The notes: generated by a model not told the origin, from the letters alone. A DNA stretch of 64,000 bases from Eubacteriales bacterium (GCA_045541455.1 JAZQJA010000012.1:178-64177); one strand, 5' to 3'. Counted from the stretch's first letter, positions 1 through 11,008 are shown. Numbers and translations are program-made.

Positions 1-101
1 CTAACGATTTTAAGTTTACCTCTCCACAGTTCGAAACCGTTAAAAACTGTATTTTGCACAGTGCCGTGCGATTTTGTTTTAATATTTAATTTTTTAATCA
101 T
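1..101 (-). CDS. hypothetical protein, N-terminal fragment running off the window start
   Basis: ATG at 99-101 (minus) is preceded by a GGGTGG SD-like element. The frame stays open to position 1 and translates MIKKLNIKTKSHGTVQNTVFNGFELWRGKLKIV. It is too short for the ORF track and I recognise no family. Confidence 0.3.
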   Translation of the reverse strand, partial: MIKKLNIKTKSHGTVQNTVFNGFELWRGKLKIV

Positions 102-302
102 CGCAACCACCCTTTCTGTGCAAATTTTTTAACTTTTTCGTTTGCCTGTATCCTCTTTTCACCTATATAATACAAAACATTTAATCTTTTGTCAATACTT
201 TTTAGCAAATTTACTAAAAAATATTTTAAAAAAGGTTTTACTTATTAATAGGGGTGTAGTTGGCATAGAGAGAAATTTAGGCGAATACCATATTAAAAAG
301 GA

Positions 303-911
303 GTGATTTTTTTGGCTGATGTATATTTATCACCGTCATCAGAGCATTTTAATACAGGGTATGGAAATTACGGCATTGAGGAGCAGAGAATGAACCTCAT
401 TGCCGATGTTGTTGAGTACGAATTGCAACGAGCAGGAGTTACTACCGACCGAAACAGTCCAGATATGACGCTAACCGAAATTGTTGCAGACTCCAATGCA
501 AAATCACCTAAAATTCATGTGTCTATTCAGTCACAAAGTTACGACACGGCAACGCGGGGTGCAGAGGTTATATATTACAGAGAGGGCGGAAACGGTCAGC
601 GTTTAGCAAGTGATATTTATAATTTTTTAAGTCCTATAACACCTACAGAGGATATTGGGCTTACAGACGGATCAGATGCGTTTGGCGGGCTTGGATATTA
701 TCAGTTGCGAAGAACACGCGCGCCTGCCGTACTTGTAATTGTGGGATTTCACGATAACCCGCTCGACGCTGACTTTATTATAGATAACACTTACGAAATA
801 GGTGTTGCGATTGCAAAAGGAATTTTAGAATATCTAGGCGTACCTTATACCGAGGACACAGAGCAAAACGTTAATAATCTAAAAGCGCAGTACAACGGTG
901 TTATTTTTTAA
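303..911 (+). CDS. N-acetylmuramoyl-L-alanine amidase family (Amidase_3-like) protein
   Basis: GTG start with AAAAGGAG directly upstream. The overall pattern is LSPS..E..N.G...EE..MN.IAD ... APAVLVIVGFHDNPLDADFI ... GILEYLG, typical of clostridial Amidase_3-like cell-wall proteins. No signal peptide is visible. Confidence 0.6.
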   Translation: MIFLADVYLSPSSEHFNTGYGNYGIEEQRMNLIADVVEYELQRAGVTTDRNSPDMTLTEIVADSNAKSPKIHVSIQSQSYDTATRGAEVIYYREGGNGQRLASDIYNFLSPITPTEDIGLTDGSDAFGGLGYYQLRRTRAPAVLVIVGFHDNPLDADFIIDNTYEIGVAIAKGILEYLGVPYTEDTEQNVNNLKAQYNGVIF

Positions 912-1680
912 AGTTTTCAAGGCTTTCAAAAGTATAGCCTTTTTGACGAAGAGTGTCTATAACCTCAGGCAGAATTTCACAATTTGTTTTTGAAGTGGAA
1001 TGGAGCAAAATTACGGCACCGTTATGAATACGCGAGTAGATTTTTTCTTTAGCACCCGCGGCTGAGGGTTGGTCGTTTGTATCCCAGTCGTAATAGGCAA
1101 ATGACCAAAAAACAGTTTTAAGTCCTAGTTTTTGGTTATAATCCAGTGCTTGTTTGGAAAACCTGCCGCTAGGAAATCTGAAATATTTTGTAGGGGTATA
1201 GCCCAAATCGTAAATAAGTTTTTCCCACTCGGTTATCTGCTTTTCATAAGAAGAATAGTCTATAAGTTTTGTCATATCGGGATGTTTTAGTGTATGGTTA
1301 CATACAAGGTGTCCCTCGTCGTACATACGTTTTATAAGGTCGGGGTTTGTTTTCACAAAATTCCCATCGACAAAAAACGCAGCCTTTACATTTTTATCCT
1401 TAAGTGTATCAAGAATTTTTATATGATAGCCGTTATCATACCCTGCATCAAATGTCAGATAAAGAGTTTGATTGTCGGCATTGCCAAGATAAAGGGTATC
1501 ATAGTTATCCAAAAAATCGGCTTCGGGAATAACTTGTGGCTGTGTGTTATCGGTTGTAGGTTTAAAATACCAATCATACGGTGCGGTATCTTTACTGCCA
1601 GCAAACATTAAAAAAGGGAACGCTGCTGCAAGTACGGGAAGAATAATAAATCCTATAAATCTTTTATACAGTTTTTCCAT
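901..1680 (-). CDS. pdaA: polysaccharide deacetylase, PdaA-like (delta-lactam-biosynthetic de-N-acetylase family)
   Basis: Motifs TFDAGYDNG, FFVDGNFV, CNHTLKHPDM and ILLHSTS, plus C-terminal KGYTF, match NodB/PdaA-type deacetylases. An N-terminal TM/signal segment is present. I moved the start to the internal ATG at 1680 (MEKLYKRF), which has a GAAAGG SD. The ORF-track start at 1716 would leave only 38 nt to the divergent gene. Confidence 0.7.
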   Translation of the reverse strand: MEKLYKRFIGFIILPVLAAAFPFLMFAGSKDTAPYDWYFKPTTDNTQPQVIPEADFLDNYDTLYLGNADNQTLYLTFDAGYDNGYHIKILDTLKDKNVKAAFFVDGNFVKTNPDLIKRMYDEGHLVCNHTLKHPDMTKLIDYSSYEKQITEWEKLIYDLGYTPTKYFRFPSGRFSKQALDYNQKLGLKTVFWSFAYYDWDTNDQPSAAGAKEKIYSRIHNGAVILLHSTSKTNCEILPEVIDTLRQKGYTFESLENFKK

Positions 1681-1754
1681 AGTTTTGCCTTTCTGTTTTT
1701 TATATAGTTTTTGCAAAACTGTGTAAATTAAACGTAATTTGAGGAAAAATTATA

Positions 1755-2696
1755 ATGAATACTTTTTTGAGTGCCTTACCTATACTTCTTGTCATCGGTG
1801 TGATTTTTGTAAATGGATGGACCGATGCGCCAAGCGCAATAACAAGTTGTGTATGCGCAAAAGTATTATCAATGAAAAAAGCTGTAACACTTGCAGCAGT
1901 ATGTAATTTTTTTGGAGTATTTATTACAAGCAAACTAAGTTCTGCCGTTGCCGAAAATATTTTTAAAGCAACAGACAGTTCAACCGCTGCGCTTTGTGCA
2001 TCAATGTCATCAGTTATCACACTTGCTGTATGCGCTTGGATTTTTGGTATTCCTACAAGCGAATCGCATGCGATAATTGCCGCCCTTACCGGCGCCACCC
2101 TTGCAAGTGGCAGTAAGGTAAACACAAACGTTCTGATTTTTACCGTAGTAGGTTTAATTTTATCTGTTGCAGTCGGTTTTATACTCGGTTATGCAATCTA
2201 TGCTTATATTCGTTCAAAGTCGTTCTCGAGCAAAATTATGGCTAGATTTCAAGTTATAGGTGCAGCGTTTATGGCATTTATGCACGGAGCTCAAGACGGA
2301 CAAAAATTTATTAGTATATACATAGCGGCAGCGGGCGGCGGATTTATAATGTCTAATAAGATAGTTTTAATTTGTTCGGCTGTTATGGCACTGGGCACAG
2401 CATTCGGCGGAGGCAGAATTATAAAAACAATAGGGCAGAAAATGGTAGCACTTGACATAGAGCAAGGTACTGCATCTGACATTGCTGGGTCAATAAGTTT
2501 ATTTTTATCTACTGTACTGGGTATGCCTGTGTCAACAACACATGCAAAAACGGCAGCTGTTATGGGGTGCGGCTTTGTTACAGGCGGAATAAACAAAAAG
2601 ACCGCAAGCGAAATGCTTGCGGCCTGGGTTATAACCTTCCCTGCTTGTTTTATAATGGGATATTTATTTACAAAACTCTTTAAAGTTCTGATTTGA
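1755..2696 (+). CDS. inorganic phosphate transporter, PiT family
   Basis: Motifs NGWTDAPSAI, HGAQDGQKF and STTHAKTAAVMG; polytopic membrane protein. A GAGGA SD lies 9 nt upstream of the ATG. Confidence 0.85.
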   Translation: MNTFLSALPILLVIGVIFVNGWTDAPSAITSCVCAKVLSMKKAVTLAAVCNFFGVFITSKLSSAVAENIFKATDSSTAALCASMSSVITLAVCAWIFGIPTSESHAIIAALTGATLASGSKVNTNVLIFTVVGLILSVAVGFILGYAIYAYIRSKSFSSKIMARFQVIGAAFMAFMHGAQDGQKFISIYIAAAGGGFIMSNKIVLICSAVMALGTAFGGGRIIKTIGQKMVALDIEQGTASDIAGSISLFLSTVLGMPVSTTHAKTAAVMGCGFVTGGINKKTASEMLAAWVITFPACFIMGYLFTKLFKVLI

Positions 2697-3615
2697 GATA
2701 TGCTTTTGTTATAGCCTTATTGTTATGTGTATCTATAACCTCAAAACGAACAAACGCGTATTCATCTTTAATTTCAAACACAGAATGAGTGAGTGAATCA
2801 TCAAGTGCGCGAATTGCCTTATGATAGCGATTTTGTGCACGCAAAATAACTGCACAGCACGGTTCGGTTTCTACATGTATTTCGCCGTTTTCTACATAAA
2901 GAGATTTAATAATAGGACCTGTTGACGCATATAGTTGACCGTCTATCATAGCGTTAATAACTGTATCATACTTAAGGTCTTTTGCCTTAATCATTGTAAA
3001 GCCGCCAAAACTGTCAGAATAAGGTCCGTCATAATCAGTCCAGTTATGGTTGTCATCCCCCGCAACAGGAACTACCGACTGGTCGCGGCGCATAATTTGG
3101 TTATATTCCTCATCGCCATAGCCGTTTGCGTACTCAACCTCACAACCGGTATTAAATACTTCAAACCCCCACAAGCCTTTAAGTTCTGTAAAGCTGCCAC
3201 TTTCGTGCTGTGACCATCTTGGGTGATTATACTGAACAAGAAAACCCTCGGCATTGCCTTTTGCGATAATTGCGTTTACATTTTCAACAGTATGAATTTT
3301 TTCGTAGTCAAAAAGATAATCTCTGTTTTCATCTTTTGAATAAAAATTGAGATGATACGCCTGTTTGCGCCACTCTGTCACATCATATGCAACACCCGGC
3401 TCGATTGCGGTGATAGGTAAAAATTCGTCGTCCTTAAGGTCGGGGTGCGGAACCAATATATCATGGTCGGAAAATGCCACAATGCTGTAGCCGTGCGATT
3501 TATACAGTTCCTTTATTTCTGCCGGTGTATATTTACCGTCAGAAACAGTTGTATGACAATGCATATTTGCTTTATACCAGTTGCCCTCGTTAGAGATCAA
3601 ATATTTTCTTGACAT
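2680..3615 (-). CDS. PHP-domain metal-dependent phosphoesterase family protein
   Basis: Motifs ANMHCHTTVSDG, AFSDHD, NHPRW and DDNHN. The start is set to the ATG at 3615 (MSRKYLISNEG), which has an AGGAG SD and aligns with the start of the paralog at 54491-55465. The longer ORF-track start would run through a hairpin. Confidence 0.75.
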   Translation of the reverse strand: MSRKYLISNEGNWYKANMHCHTTVSDGKYTPAEIKELYKSHGYSIVAFSDHDILVPHPDLKDDEFLPITAIEPGVAYDVTEWRKQAYHLNFYSKDENRDYLFDYEKIHTVENVNAIIAKGNAEGFLVQYNHPRWSQHESGSFTELKGLWGFEVFNTGCEVEYANGYGDEEYNQIMRRDQSVVPVAGDDNHNWTDYDGPYSDSFGGFTMIKAKDLKYDTVINAMIDGQLYASTGPIIKSLYVENGEIHVETEPCCAVILRAQNRYHKAIRALDDSLTHSVFEIKDEYAFVRFEVIDTHNNKAITKAYLKSEL

Positions 3616-3634
3616 AAGTTTATCTCCTGTATCT

Positions 3635-3662
3635 ATAGCCGAGAACAATAGTTCTCGGCTAT
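3635..3662 (-). terminator. 12-bp stem-loop just downstream of the cytidylate-kinase-like gene (weak U-tract)
   Basis: ATAGCCGAGAAC-aata-GTTCTCGGCTAT is a perfect 12-bp stem lying 4 nt after the stop at 3666. The U-run on the minus strand is poor, so termination efficiency is uncertain. Confidence 0.4.
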
Positions 3663-3665
3663 TTA

Positions 3666-4289
3666 TTAATTTTTATTTGAAATATAATTCATTATAACAT
3701 CAACCGCTTTTTGTTCTGTGAGTTTTGACAGATTTAAAGTTATATCATAATTAGAGATATTTCCCCACTCACGATTGGTGTAATAATTATAGTAGCTACG
3801 GCGTTTTTTATCAGCCCTTGAAATAATCTTAGCCGCCTCTTGTTCTGTAACGCCTTGTTCGGCAATTACGCGTTTAATACGATCCTCAGTTTTGGCATGA
3901 AGGAAAATATTAATACAATTTTCACGGTCACGAAGTATGTAGTCAGAGCATCTGCCTACAAAAACACAGCCGCCCTCTTTTGCCATATCACGAATGATAT
4001 CGGCTTGAATTTTATAAATTTTATCATCTGTAAGCACATCATCAAGTTTAACGTAGGCGCCACGAGATGAGTACATTCCCATTACTACTGAATAAAGTAT
4101 ACTGTTTGAAGGCTTTTTTTCAGCAGAATCAAAATGTTCTTCATGAATTCCACTTTTTTGTGATGCAAGCGAAATTATTTCACGGTCGTAAAATTTAAAA
4201 CCTGTTCTGTCTGCCAGATTTTTAGCAAGTTCGTCACCGCCGCAATACGCCTCACGGCTGACAGTTATAATAAGTTTCTCAGACATCAA
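3666..4289 (-). CDS. cytidylate kinase-like family protein
   Basis: The N-terminus IITVSREAYCGGDELAKNLADRTGFKFYDREII matches the ISREFGSGG-type cytidylate-kinase-like family. Length is about 200 aa. Confidence 0.7.
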   Translation of the reverse strand: MMSEKLIITVSREAYCGGDELAKNLADRTGFKFYDREIISLASQKSGIHEEHFDSAEKKPSNSILYSVVMGMYSSRGAYVKLDDVLTDDKIYKIQADIIRDMAKEGGCVFVGRCSDYILRDRENCINIFLHAKTEDRIKRVIAEQGVTEQEAAKIISRADKKRRSYYNYYTNREWGNISNYDITLNLSKLTEQKAVDVIMNYISNKN

Positions 4290-4312
4290 AATCCCTCCTA
4301 ATACTATGATAA

Positions 4313-5926
4313 TTATTCAATTGAAAAGATATAGTGATAAACCGGCTGGCCACCAGGGAGCGTAATAACTTCTGCTTCAGGAGCCTTGCTGCTTATCAAT
4401 TGGCTGATTTTTTCAGCGTCTTGTTCGGTAACACCTTCACCATAATAAACATTAATAAACTCGCCGCCGTCTGCTAGCATTTGGTCAAACATTTGTGATA
4501 CAACAGATTCCATTGTATCTTCAACATAAGTTACTTTGCCTTCAACAAGGCCGAGAAGTTGACCTTCTTTTATTTCTTTGCCATCAAATTCACTGTCACG
4601 GGCAGCGTATGTCACTTGAGATGTACGAACTGTTGTAATACTATCACGCATAGCACTTGCTATTTCTTCAGTACTCATAGACTCATCAAAATTTAAAAGT
4701 GCCGTAATACCTTGAGGAATTGTTTTTGTTTCTATTACAATTATTTCTCTATCCGAGAGGGAAACTGCTTGCTGAGCAGCCATAATAATATTTTTATTGT
4801 TAGGGAATACAAAAACTGTTTGTGCGGTAGTTTTATTTACCGCAGCCAAAATGTCATCGGTAGAGGGATTCATTGTCTGTCCACCCTCAACAACAACATC
4901 TACACCCATATCTTTAAATAAGGCTGCAAGTCCCTCACCTGCTGCAACAGAAACAAAACCATATTTTTTGTCAATAACAGGTGCTTCTGCCTTTTTTTCT
5001 TTAAATTGCTCGCGCATATTTTCAATTTTCATATTTACAAGAGGACCGAAACGAATAGCCTCTTCTATAGCGCGGCCGGGATGATTTGTATGCACATGAA
5101 CTTTAATAATTTCACCGTCGTCTACTACAACAACACAATCACCAATTGACTCAAGATACTTACGAAGTTCACCAGAGTCTTTTTTAGCAGCTTTGCTGTC
5201 TTTGTTAACAATATATTCAGTGCAGTAAGCAAAAACAATATCTTCTTCGCTTTCAAAAATATTAAATTCAGAAAAATCTGCCGGAACTTCTTCTTCAACA
5301 ACATCGCCTGCTTCTACCGGTGCACCGTCAAGGCATGAAAGCATACCTTCCAAAATTGTGGTAAGCCCTTTACCACCGGCATCAACAACATTTGCCTGTT
5401 TTAAGACGGGTAGCATTTCCGGAGTTTGATCAAGAGTTTTCTTTGCTTCGTCAAGATAAAAAGCAAAGGTATCACGTGCGCTATGTTCTACTTCGCTGTA
5501 AACCTTTGTGTTTTCAGCGGCAACACGCGCAACTGTTAAAATAGTTCCCTCGGTCGGTTTCATAACTGCACCGTAAGCCGCTTTTACACCCGACTCAAAA
5601 GCTTTTGCAAGGGCCGCACCGTCAGCAGTGTCAAGACCGGAAAGACCTTTCGCAATGCCACGGAATAACAGTGACAAAATTACGCCGCTGTTACCTCTTG
5701 CCCCTTTAAGCAAAGAAGAGGCAACAAGGTTTGATGTTTCTGATATACTTTTATCATTTATTGTGCGCATTGTTTTTGCAGCAGCCGAAATGGTGAGTGA
5801 CATATTAGTGCCGGTATCACCGTCGGGTACCGGAAAAACATTAAGTGCGTTAATAGCATTTTTTTGGTTTTCAATATTATTTGCAGCGGATATCACCATA
5901 TCCCTGAACATATTGCCGGTTATCAT
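4313..5926 (-). CDS. DAK2 domain-containing protein (YloV-like)
   Basis: Dak2 motif PVPDGDTGTNM. The roughly 540 aa architecture and adjacency to an Asp23 gene match B. subtilis yloU-yloV. Confidence 0.85.
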   Translation of the reverse strand: MITGNMFRDMVISAANNIENQKNAINALNVFPVPDGDTGTNMSLTISAAAKTMRTINDKSISETSNLVASSLLKGARGNSGVILSLLFRGIAKGLSGLDTADGAALAKAFESGVKAAYGAVMKPTEGTILTVARVAAENTKVYSEVEHSARDTFAFYLDEAKKTLDQTPEMLPVLKQANVVDAGGKGLTTILEGMLSCLDGAPVEAGDVVEEEVPADFSEFNIFESEEDIVFAYCTEYIVNKDSKAAKKDSGELRKYLESIGDCVVVVDDGEIIKVHVHTNHPGRAIEEAIRFGPLVNMKIENMREQFKEKKAEAPVIDKKYGFVSVAAGEGLAALFKDMGVDVVVEGGQTMNPSTDDILAAVNKTTAQTVFVFPNNKNIIMAAQQAVSLSDREIIVIETKTIPQGITALLNFDESMSTEEIASAMRDSITTVRTSQVTYAARDSEFDGKEIKEGQLLGLVEGKVTYVEDTMESVVSQMFDQMLADGGEFINVYYGEGVTEQDAEKISQLISSKAPEAEVITLPGGQPVYHYIFSIE

Positions 5927-5940
5927 ATATATTAAACTCC

Positions 5941-6291
5941 TTAGTTTGTCTTCATAGCGTCAATATAAACATTGACTTTCTTAACGGCAAAGCCGGTCAT
6001 TTTTTCAACAATGTATTTAACCTCTTTTGCAATACTTCTAGAAATTGCAGGAAGATTTACACCGTAACTTACAATTATATGAACATCAATTATTAAATCA
6101 TTTCCGTCTGATGTTACACGAACACCTTTTTCATAGTTATCTTTTTTAAGCAGAGAAACAATACCTTCTGCCGTATTTTTTGATGCCATACCGACAACAC
6201 CAAAGCAGTTATTAATAACATTACCGACGATTTGTGCAAAAACGGTTTGTGTTATATTAATTTGACCGTTATGATTTTTAATGTCGAGCAT
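5941..6291 (-). CDS. Asp23/Gls24 family envelope stress response protein (YloU-like)
   Basis: 116 aa with an Asp23-type sequence (CFGVVGMA ... VNVYIDA). It sits directly upstream of the DAK2 gene. Confidence 0.85.
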   Translation of the reverse strand: MLDIKNHNGQINITQTVFAQIVGNVINNCFGVVGMASKNTAEGIVSLLKKDNYEKGVRVTSDGNDLIIDVHIIVSYGVNLPAISRSIAKEVKYIVEKMTGFAVKKVNVYIDAMKTN

Positions 6292-6382
6292 ATATATTTC
6301 CTCCTTTATGAGTATATACTTTCCGTATTATATATTTCATTATACCATTTTTTGTTTATTTTACAACCTTTTTTTAAAAAAT

Positions 6383-6410
6383 AAAAAAAGCAGTCGTGCG
6401 ACTGCTTTTA
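6383..6410 (-). terminator. intrinsic terminator of the dnaK operon
   Basis: Stem AGCAGTCG/CGACTGCT is followed on the minus strand by a T-run, immediately after the dnaJ stop. Confidence 0.7.
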
Positions 6411-6411
6411 A

Positions 6412-7554
6412 TTATTTGAAAAGTTGATTTATTTTTTCAAAAAACGATGTCTTTTTTGAAAGATTTTTATCGGTCAACGTGTCACTGAATTTTTTAAGTA
6501 AATCTTTTTGTTTAGAGGAGAGGTTGCGGGGAATTTCTACACTGACAGTTACATACATATCTCCCCTGCTCTTTGCACCAAGGTGTGTGACGCCTTTACC
6601 TTTAAACCTAAAAGTGCTGTCTGTCTGGGTGCCCTCCGGAACAGTATATTTCACCTTGCCATCCAATGTGGGAACTGTAAGTTCGGCACCGAGTGTAGCA
6701 TCTACAAACGAAATAGGAATTTCACAATAGAGGTCGTCACCGCGGCGTTCGAAAATTTTATGTTCCTTTACCATAACGGTTATAAACACATCTCCTGCCG
6801 GGCCGCCATTTCTGCCAGCATTACCTTGAGAACGTAAAGTAAGCGTCTGTCCATTGTCGATTCCTGCAGGGATTTTGACCTTTGTTTTTTTGATTTCGCT
6901 TATAATTCCGCCCTGACAGTCGGGACAAGGCACCTTAATACGTTTGCCTGTACCATTACAAGTAGGACAAGTACGTTGAGATTGAACATTACCTAAAATA
7001 GTACGCTGAACAGTTGAAACAACACCTCTGCCGCCGCACTGCGAACAGGTTTCAAGTTCGGTACCACCTTTGGCACCGGTGCCATTACATTTTTTGCAAG
7101 CACTACGTTTTGTATATTTAATTTCCTTTTCACAACCAAACGCAGCTTCTTCAAATTCAATTGTAACACGAAGATGAATATCGTCACCTTTAGTGGGTGC
7201 ATTTGCACGGCGTTGCGGGCTTCCACCCATACCGCCACCGAAAAAGGTTTCAAAAATATCTCCAAAACCGCCAAAATCAGCACCAAAGCCGCCAAAGCCA
7301 CCGCCTGCGCCTGCATTGTAAGACGGGTCTACCCCTGCATGACCAAACTGATCATAGCGTGCTTTTTTATCAGGGTCAGACAAAATTGTATGAGCTTCGT
7401 TTATTTCTTTAAACTTAGCCTCAGCCTCAGCATCACCGGGATTAAGGTCCGGATGATATTTACGAGCCATCTTTTTATAGGCTTTTTTTATTTCGTCCTC
7501 CGATGCGCCTTTTGAAAGGCCAAGGACCTCGTAATAATCTCTTTTTTCTGCCAT
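6412..7554 (-). CDS. dnaJ: molecular chaperone DnaJ
   Basis: J-domain with [10 protein letters not shown], a G/F-rich linker, and CxxCxGxG zinc-finger repeats ([30 protein letters not shown]). Confidence 0.97.
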   Translation of the reverse strand: MAEKRDYYEVLGLSKGASEDEIKKAYKKMARKYHPDLNPGDAEAEAKFKEINEAHTILSDPDKKARYDQFGHAGVDPSYNAGAGGGFGGFGADFGGFGDIFETFFGGGMGGSPQRRANAPTKGDDIHLRVTIEFEEAAFGCEKEIKYTKRSACKKCNGTGAKGGTELETCSQCGGRGVVSTVQRTILGNVQSQRTCPTCNGTGKRIKVPCPDCQGGIISEIKKTKVKIPAGIDNGQTLTLRSQGNAGRNGGPAGDVFITVMVKEHKIFERRGDDLYCEIPISFVDATLGAELTVPTLDGKVKYTVPEGTQTDSTFRFKGKGVTHLGAKSRGDMYVTVSVEIPRNLSSKQKDLLKKFSDTLTDKNLSKKTSFFEKINQLFK

Positions 7555-7568
7555 ACTCTAATACCCTT

Positions 7569-7603
7569 AAAAGATGGAGAGAAAGATTTTTCTCTCCATC
7601 TTT
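7569..7603 (-). other. intercistronic stem-loop between dnaK and dnaJ
   Basis: A 13-bp stem, AGATGGAGAGAAA / TTTCTCTCCATCT, followed by a short T-run on the minus strand. It is a likely partial terminator or mRNA processing element. Confidence 0.5.
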
Positions 7604-7612
7604 TTGCTTTAA

Positions 7613-9436
7613 TTATTTATTGTCGTCTGCGTCTGTAAAATCTGCATCATAAACATTATTATCAGTTGCGCCTGCCGATTGTGCATCGGCTGCGCCCTGT
7701 GGATTTGCCTGCTGATACATTTTTGATGAAAACTCATAGAGTTTAGCCTGAAGCGCATCTGCTGCAGTTTTTATAGCAGCTGTGTCTGTGCCTTTTAGTG
7801 CTTCTTTTGTCTTCTCTATTTCTGCATTAATTGCAGCTTTATCATCAGCGGTAAGTTTATCACCGAGTTCGTTAATTGTTTTTTCGGTTTGGTAAACAAG
7901 TTGATCTGCATTATTGCGGACTTCAATTTCTTCTTTCTTTTTAGCGTCTTCACTTGCGTAGTTTTCGGCATCTTTTACAGCTTTATCAATATCTTCTTTT
8001 GAAAGATTTGTAGAAGCAGTAATTGTAATATTTTGTTCTTTGCCTGTTCCCATATCTTTTGCTGTTACATTAACTATACCGTTGGCATCAATGTCGAATG
8101 TAACTTCAATCTGGGGTACACCGCGGGGAGCGGGTGCAATTCCGTCAAGGTGGAATCTGCCGAGAGTTTTATTGTGCTGCGCCATTTCTCTTTCGCCCTG
8201 TAAAACATGTATTTCAACAGAGGGCTGATTGTCTGCCGCGGTTGAGAAGATTTGGCTTTTCTTTGTAGGAATAGTTGTATTTCTCTCAATAAGTTTTGTA
8301 AAAATGCCACCGAGAGTTTCAAGGCCGAGTGAAAGCGGTGTTACGTCAAGCAAAACAACGCCTTTAACATCGCCGCCAAGAACGCCGCCCTGAATAGCAG
8401 CACCCATAGCAACACACTCGTCAGGATTTAAGCCTTTGTGAGCTTCTTTGCCCATATAGCTATTAATAGCTTCGACAACAGCAGGGATTCTTGTAGAACC
8501 ACCAACAAGCAAAACTTTATGAATTTCGCTCGGTGACAAGCCTGCATCTGAAAGAGCCTGTTTTACAGGGCCCATTGTTTTTTCAACAAGGTCTTGTGTG
8601 AGTTTATTAAACTCAGCTCTTGAAAGAGTGAGATCAAGATGTTTAGGGCCGGTTGCATCTGCTGTAATAAAGGGCAAATTGATATTGGTACTCATAACAC
8701 CAGAAAGGTCTTTTTTAGCCTTTTCTGCAGCTTCTTTAAGTCTTTGATATGCCATGCTGTCATTACGTAAATCAATACCGTTTGTTGCCTTAAATTGTTC
8801 AGCCATCCAATTAATTATACGCTCGTCAAAGTCGTCACCGCCAAGACGGTTGTTACCACTTGTCGCCAAAACTTCACAAACTCCGTCGCCAATCTCAAGG
8901 ATTGATACGTCAAAAGTACCACCGCCAAGGTCATAAATCATTATTTTCTGTTCTGTTTCCTTATCAACGCCATAAGCAAGAGCTGCCGCTGTCGGCTCGT
9001 TGATAATACGAAGTACCTCAAGGCCTGCAATTTTACCGGCATCTTTTGTTGCCTGTCTTTGAGAGTCACTAAAATATGCAGGAACAGTAATAACTGCCTG
9101 TGTTACTTTTTCGCCAAGAAAAGCCTCTGCATCTGTTTTAAGTTTCATAAGAATAAAAGCAGAAAGTTCTTCGGGTGAATATTTTTTATCATCAATAGCA
9201 ACTCTTCTGTCAGAGCCCATATCTCTTTTAATTGAGATTATTGTTCTGTCAGGATTTGTTATTGCCTGGTTTTTAGCGTTTTGACCAACAAGGCGCTCAC
9301 CGTTTTTAGCAAATGCTACAACTGACGGGGTTGTTCTTACGCCCTCAGCATTTGCAATAACTGTAGGCTCGCCGCCTTCCATTACTGCAACGCAGGAATT
9401 TGTTGTACCTAAGTCAATACCTATTATTTTGCTCAT
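7613..9436 (-). CDS. dnaK: molecular chaperone DnaK (Hsp70)
   Basis: Motifs [10 protein letters not shown] and DLGGGTFD; 607 aa with an acidic C-terminus. Confidence 0.98.
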   Translation of the reverse strand: MSKIIGIDLGTTNSCVAVMEGGEPTVIANAEGVRTTPSVVAFAKNGERLVGQNAKNQAITNPDRTIISIKRDMGSDRRVAIDDKKYSPEELSAFILMKLKTDAEAFLGEKVTQAVITVPAYFSDSQRQATKDAGKIAGLEVLRIINEPTAAALAYGVDKETEQKIMIYDLGGGTFDVSILEIGDGVCEVLATSGNNRLGGDDFDERIINWMAEQFKATNGIDLRNDSMAYQRLKEAAEKAKKDLSGVMSTNINLPFITADATGPKHLDLTLSRAEFNKLTQDLVEKTMGPVKQALSDAGLSPSEIHKVLLVGGSTRIPAVVEAINSYMGKEAHKGLNPDECVAMGAAIQGGVLGGDVKGVVLLDVTPLSLGLETLGGIFTKLIERNTTIPTKKSQIFSTAADNQPSVEIHVLQGEREMAQHNKTLGRFHLDGIAPAPRGVPQIEVTFDIDANGIVNVTAKDMGTGKEQNITITASTNLSKEDIDKAVKDAENYASEDAKKKEEIEVRNNADQLVYQTEKTINELGDKLTADDKAAINAEIEKTKEALKGTDTAAIKTAADALQAKLYEFSSKMYQQANPQGAADAQSAGATDNNVYDADFTDADDNK

Positions 9437-9449
9437 TATAATTTCCTCC

Positions 9450-9980
9450 TTAGTTTGCGACCTTAACGACCGCGTGTCTTACTACTGTGTCTTCTTTATA
9501 TTTATAGCCTTTTTGGAAAACTTCTATTACCTCGTTTTCACCATACTGTGTGTCATCAACATGCATTATTGCGTTATGCAGTTTAGGGTTAAACTCACAG
9601 CCTATACATTCAATTTCTTTAACACCAAGTGATTCAAGCGTTGTAAGAAATTGTTTTTTTATCATTTCAATGCCGCCTTTAAATTCCGCGTCTGTGGTTT
9701 CGGCAGCAAGCGCGCGTTCTAAATTGTCAATAACCGGCAATATTGTACTAACCGCCTTTACGATACCGTCAGAAAACATACCGTCTTTTTCTTTTTGAGT
9801 ACGTTTACGATAGTTATCATATTCTGCAAGCATTCGCAGATAGGTATCATTAAGTTCGTTAAATTTCTTTTCGAACTCGTTTTCCTTTTTCTTTTTAGTA
9901 GATGTTTTTTTCTCTTTGGGCTTTTCTTGTTCCGGATTTGGAGTTTCAACCGGTTGTTCAACGTTTGTATTTTCTTCCAT
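9450..9980 (-). CDS. grpE: nucleotide exchange factor GrpE
   Basis: 176 aa with a charged N-terminus and a GrpE core ([14 protein letters not shown] ... VVRHAVVKV). It lies between hrcA and dnaK. Confidence 0.95.
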   Translation of the reverse strand: MEENTNVEQPVETPNPEQEKPKEKKTSTKKKKENEFEKKFNELNDTYLRMLAEYDNYRKRTQKEKDGMFSDGIVKAVSTILPVIDNLERALAAETTDAEFKGGIEMIKKQFLTTLESLGVKEIECIGCEFNPKLHNAIMHVDDTQYGENEVIEVFQKGYKYKEDTVVRHAVVKVAN

Positions 9981-11008
9981 TATGTCGTACCTCTATCCTT
10001 AAGATATCTTTCAATACATTTCATAAAATACTCGACTTGTGAAACAGTTTTGCTGTAATCCATTCGTTTAGGACCGAAAAGACTAAAGGTATACGCATTA
10101 TGGTCGCCTGTGTATTTGCGTACAACAAGACCCATATCACTCAATGTTTCACCGCCGATTTCACTTCCTATAATAACACTAAGTCTGTCACCGGCGCTTT
10201 CACTTAGCACATCGTATATCTGCTGTTCCTCACTTAAAAATGACATTACATTTTTAGCTTTATGAATTTCATAAAACTCAGGATATGACAGCAGCTTATC
10301 CTGTCCGCTAACAAATATATGAGGTTTTTTAACCGATGTAACAATATTCTTTATTATACCTGTAAGGAAACCCCAATTTTTTTGTTTTTCAGCAAGTTGA
10401 TGTTCAAGCAAATCAAATACATCATCGTCCAGATAACCAACACCTGTTTCACCAATGTAATTTTGCAAAGTTTGATTAAGCTGTGCTATATCTTCATCTG
10501 TTGCAAGAAAGTACAATCTGCAAAAACTGTTTTTAACAACACCGCTTTTTGTTATAACGACAAGGTTAATATACTCATCCGAGGTTTTAACAACCTCCAT
10601 TTTAATTATCCTGTCTTCATCGTTATGCGAAATTACAGCCGCACTTGTATATCCGGTTATTTTTGAAAATGCAGAAATTGCAGTTTTAAAAAACTCATCA
10701 ATACTTGCTGCCGAATTTTGCATAGCAGTTTCAATGTGTAATGCGAGTTGTTCGTCCAATGCCTTTTGTTGCAAGAGGTTATCGACATAGTATCTATAGC
10801 CTTGTTCTGTAGGTATTCTACCTGCAGACGTGTGAGGCTGTTCAAGATAACCAAGTCTTTCTAACTCCGCAAGGTCGTTTCGCACTGTAGCAGACGAAAC
10901 ATTCATATTTGGTTCTCTTTCAAGTATCCCCTTACTTGAAACAGGTTCTCCTGTTTCAATATAAGATTCAATGACAGACCTTAAAATTATATTTAGACGT
11001 TCTTTCAT
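9980..11008 (-). CDS. hrcA: heat-inducible transcription repressor HrcA
   Basis: N-terminal winged helix with VSSATVRNDLAELERLGYLEQPHTSAGRIPT. It is the first gene of the dnaK operon and a CIRCE element lies upstream. Confidence 0.95.
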   Translation of the reverse strand: MKERLNIILRSVIESYIETGEPVSSKGILEREPNMNVSSATVRNDLAELERLGYLEQPHTSAGRIPTEQGYRYYVDNLLQQKALDEQLALHIETAMQNSAASIDEFFKTAISAFSKITGYTSAAVISHNDEDRIIKMEVVKTSDEYINLVVITKSGVVKNSFCRLYFLATDEDIAQLNQTLQNYIGETGVGYLDDDVFDLLEHQLAEKQKNWGFLTGIIKNIVTSVKKPHIFVSGQDKLLSYPEFYEIHKAKNVMSFLSEEQQIYDVLSESAGDRLSVIIGSEIGGETLSDMGLVVRKYTGDHNAYTFSLFGPKRMDYSKTVSQVEYFMKCIERYLKDRGTT

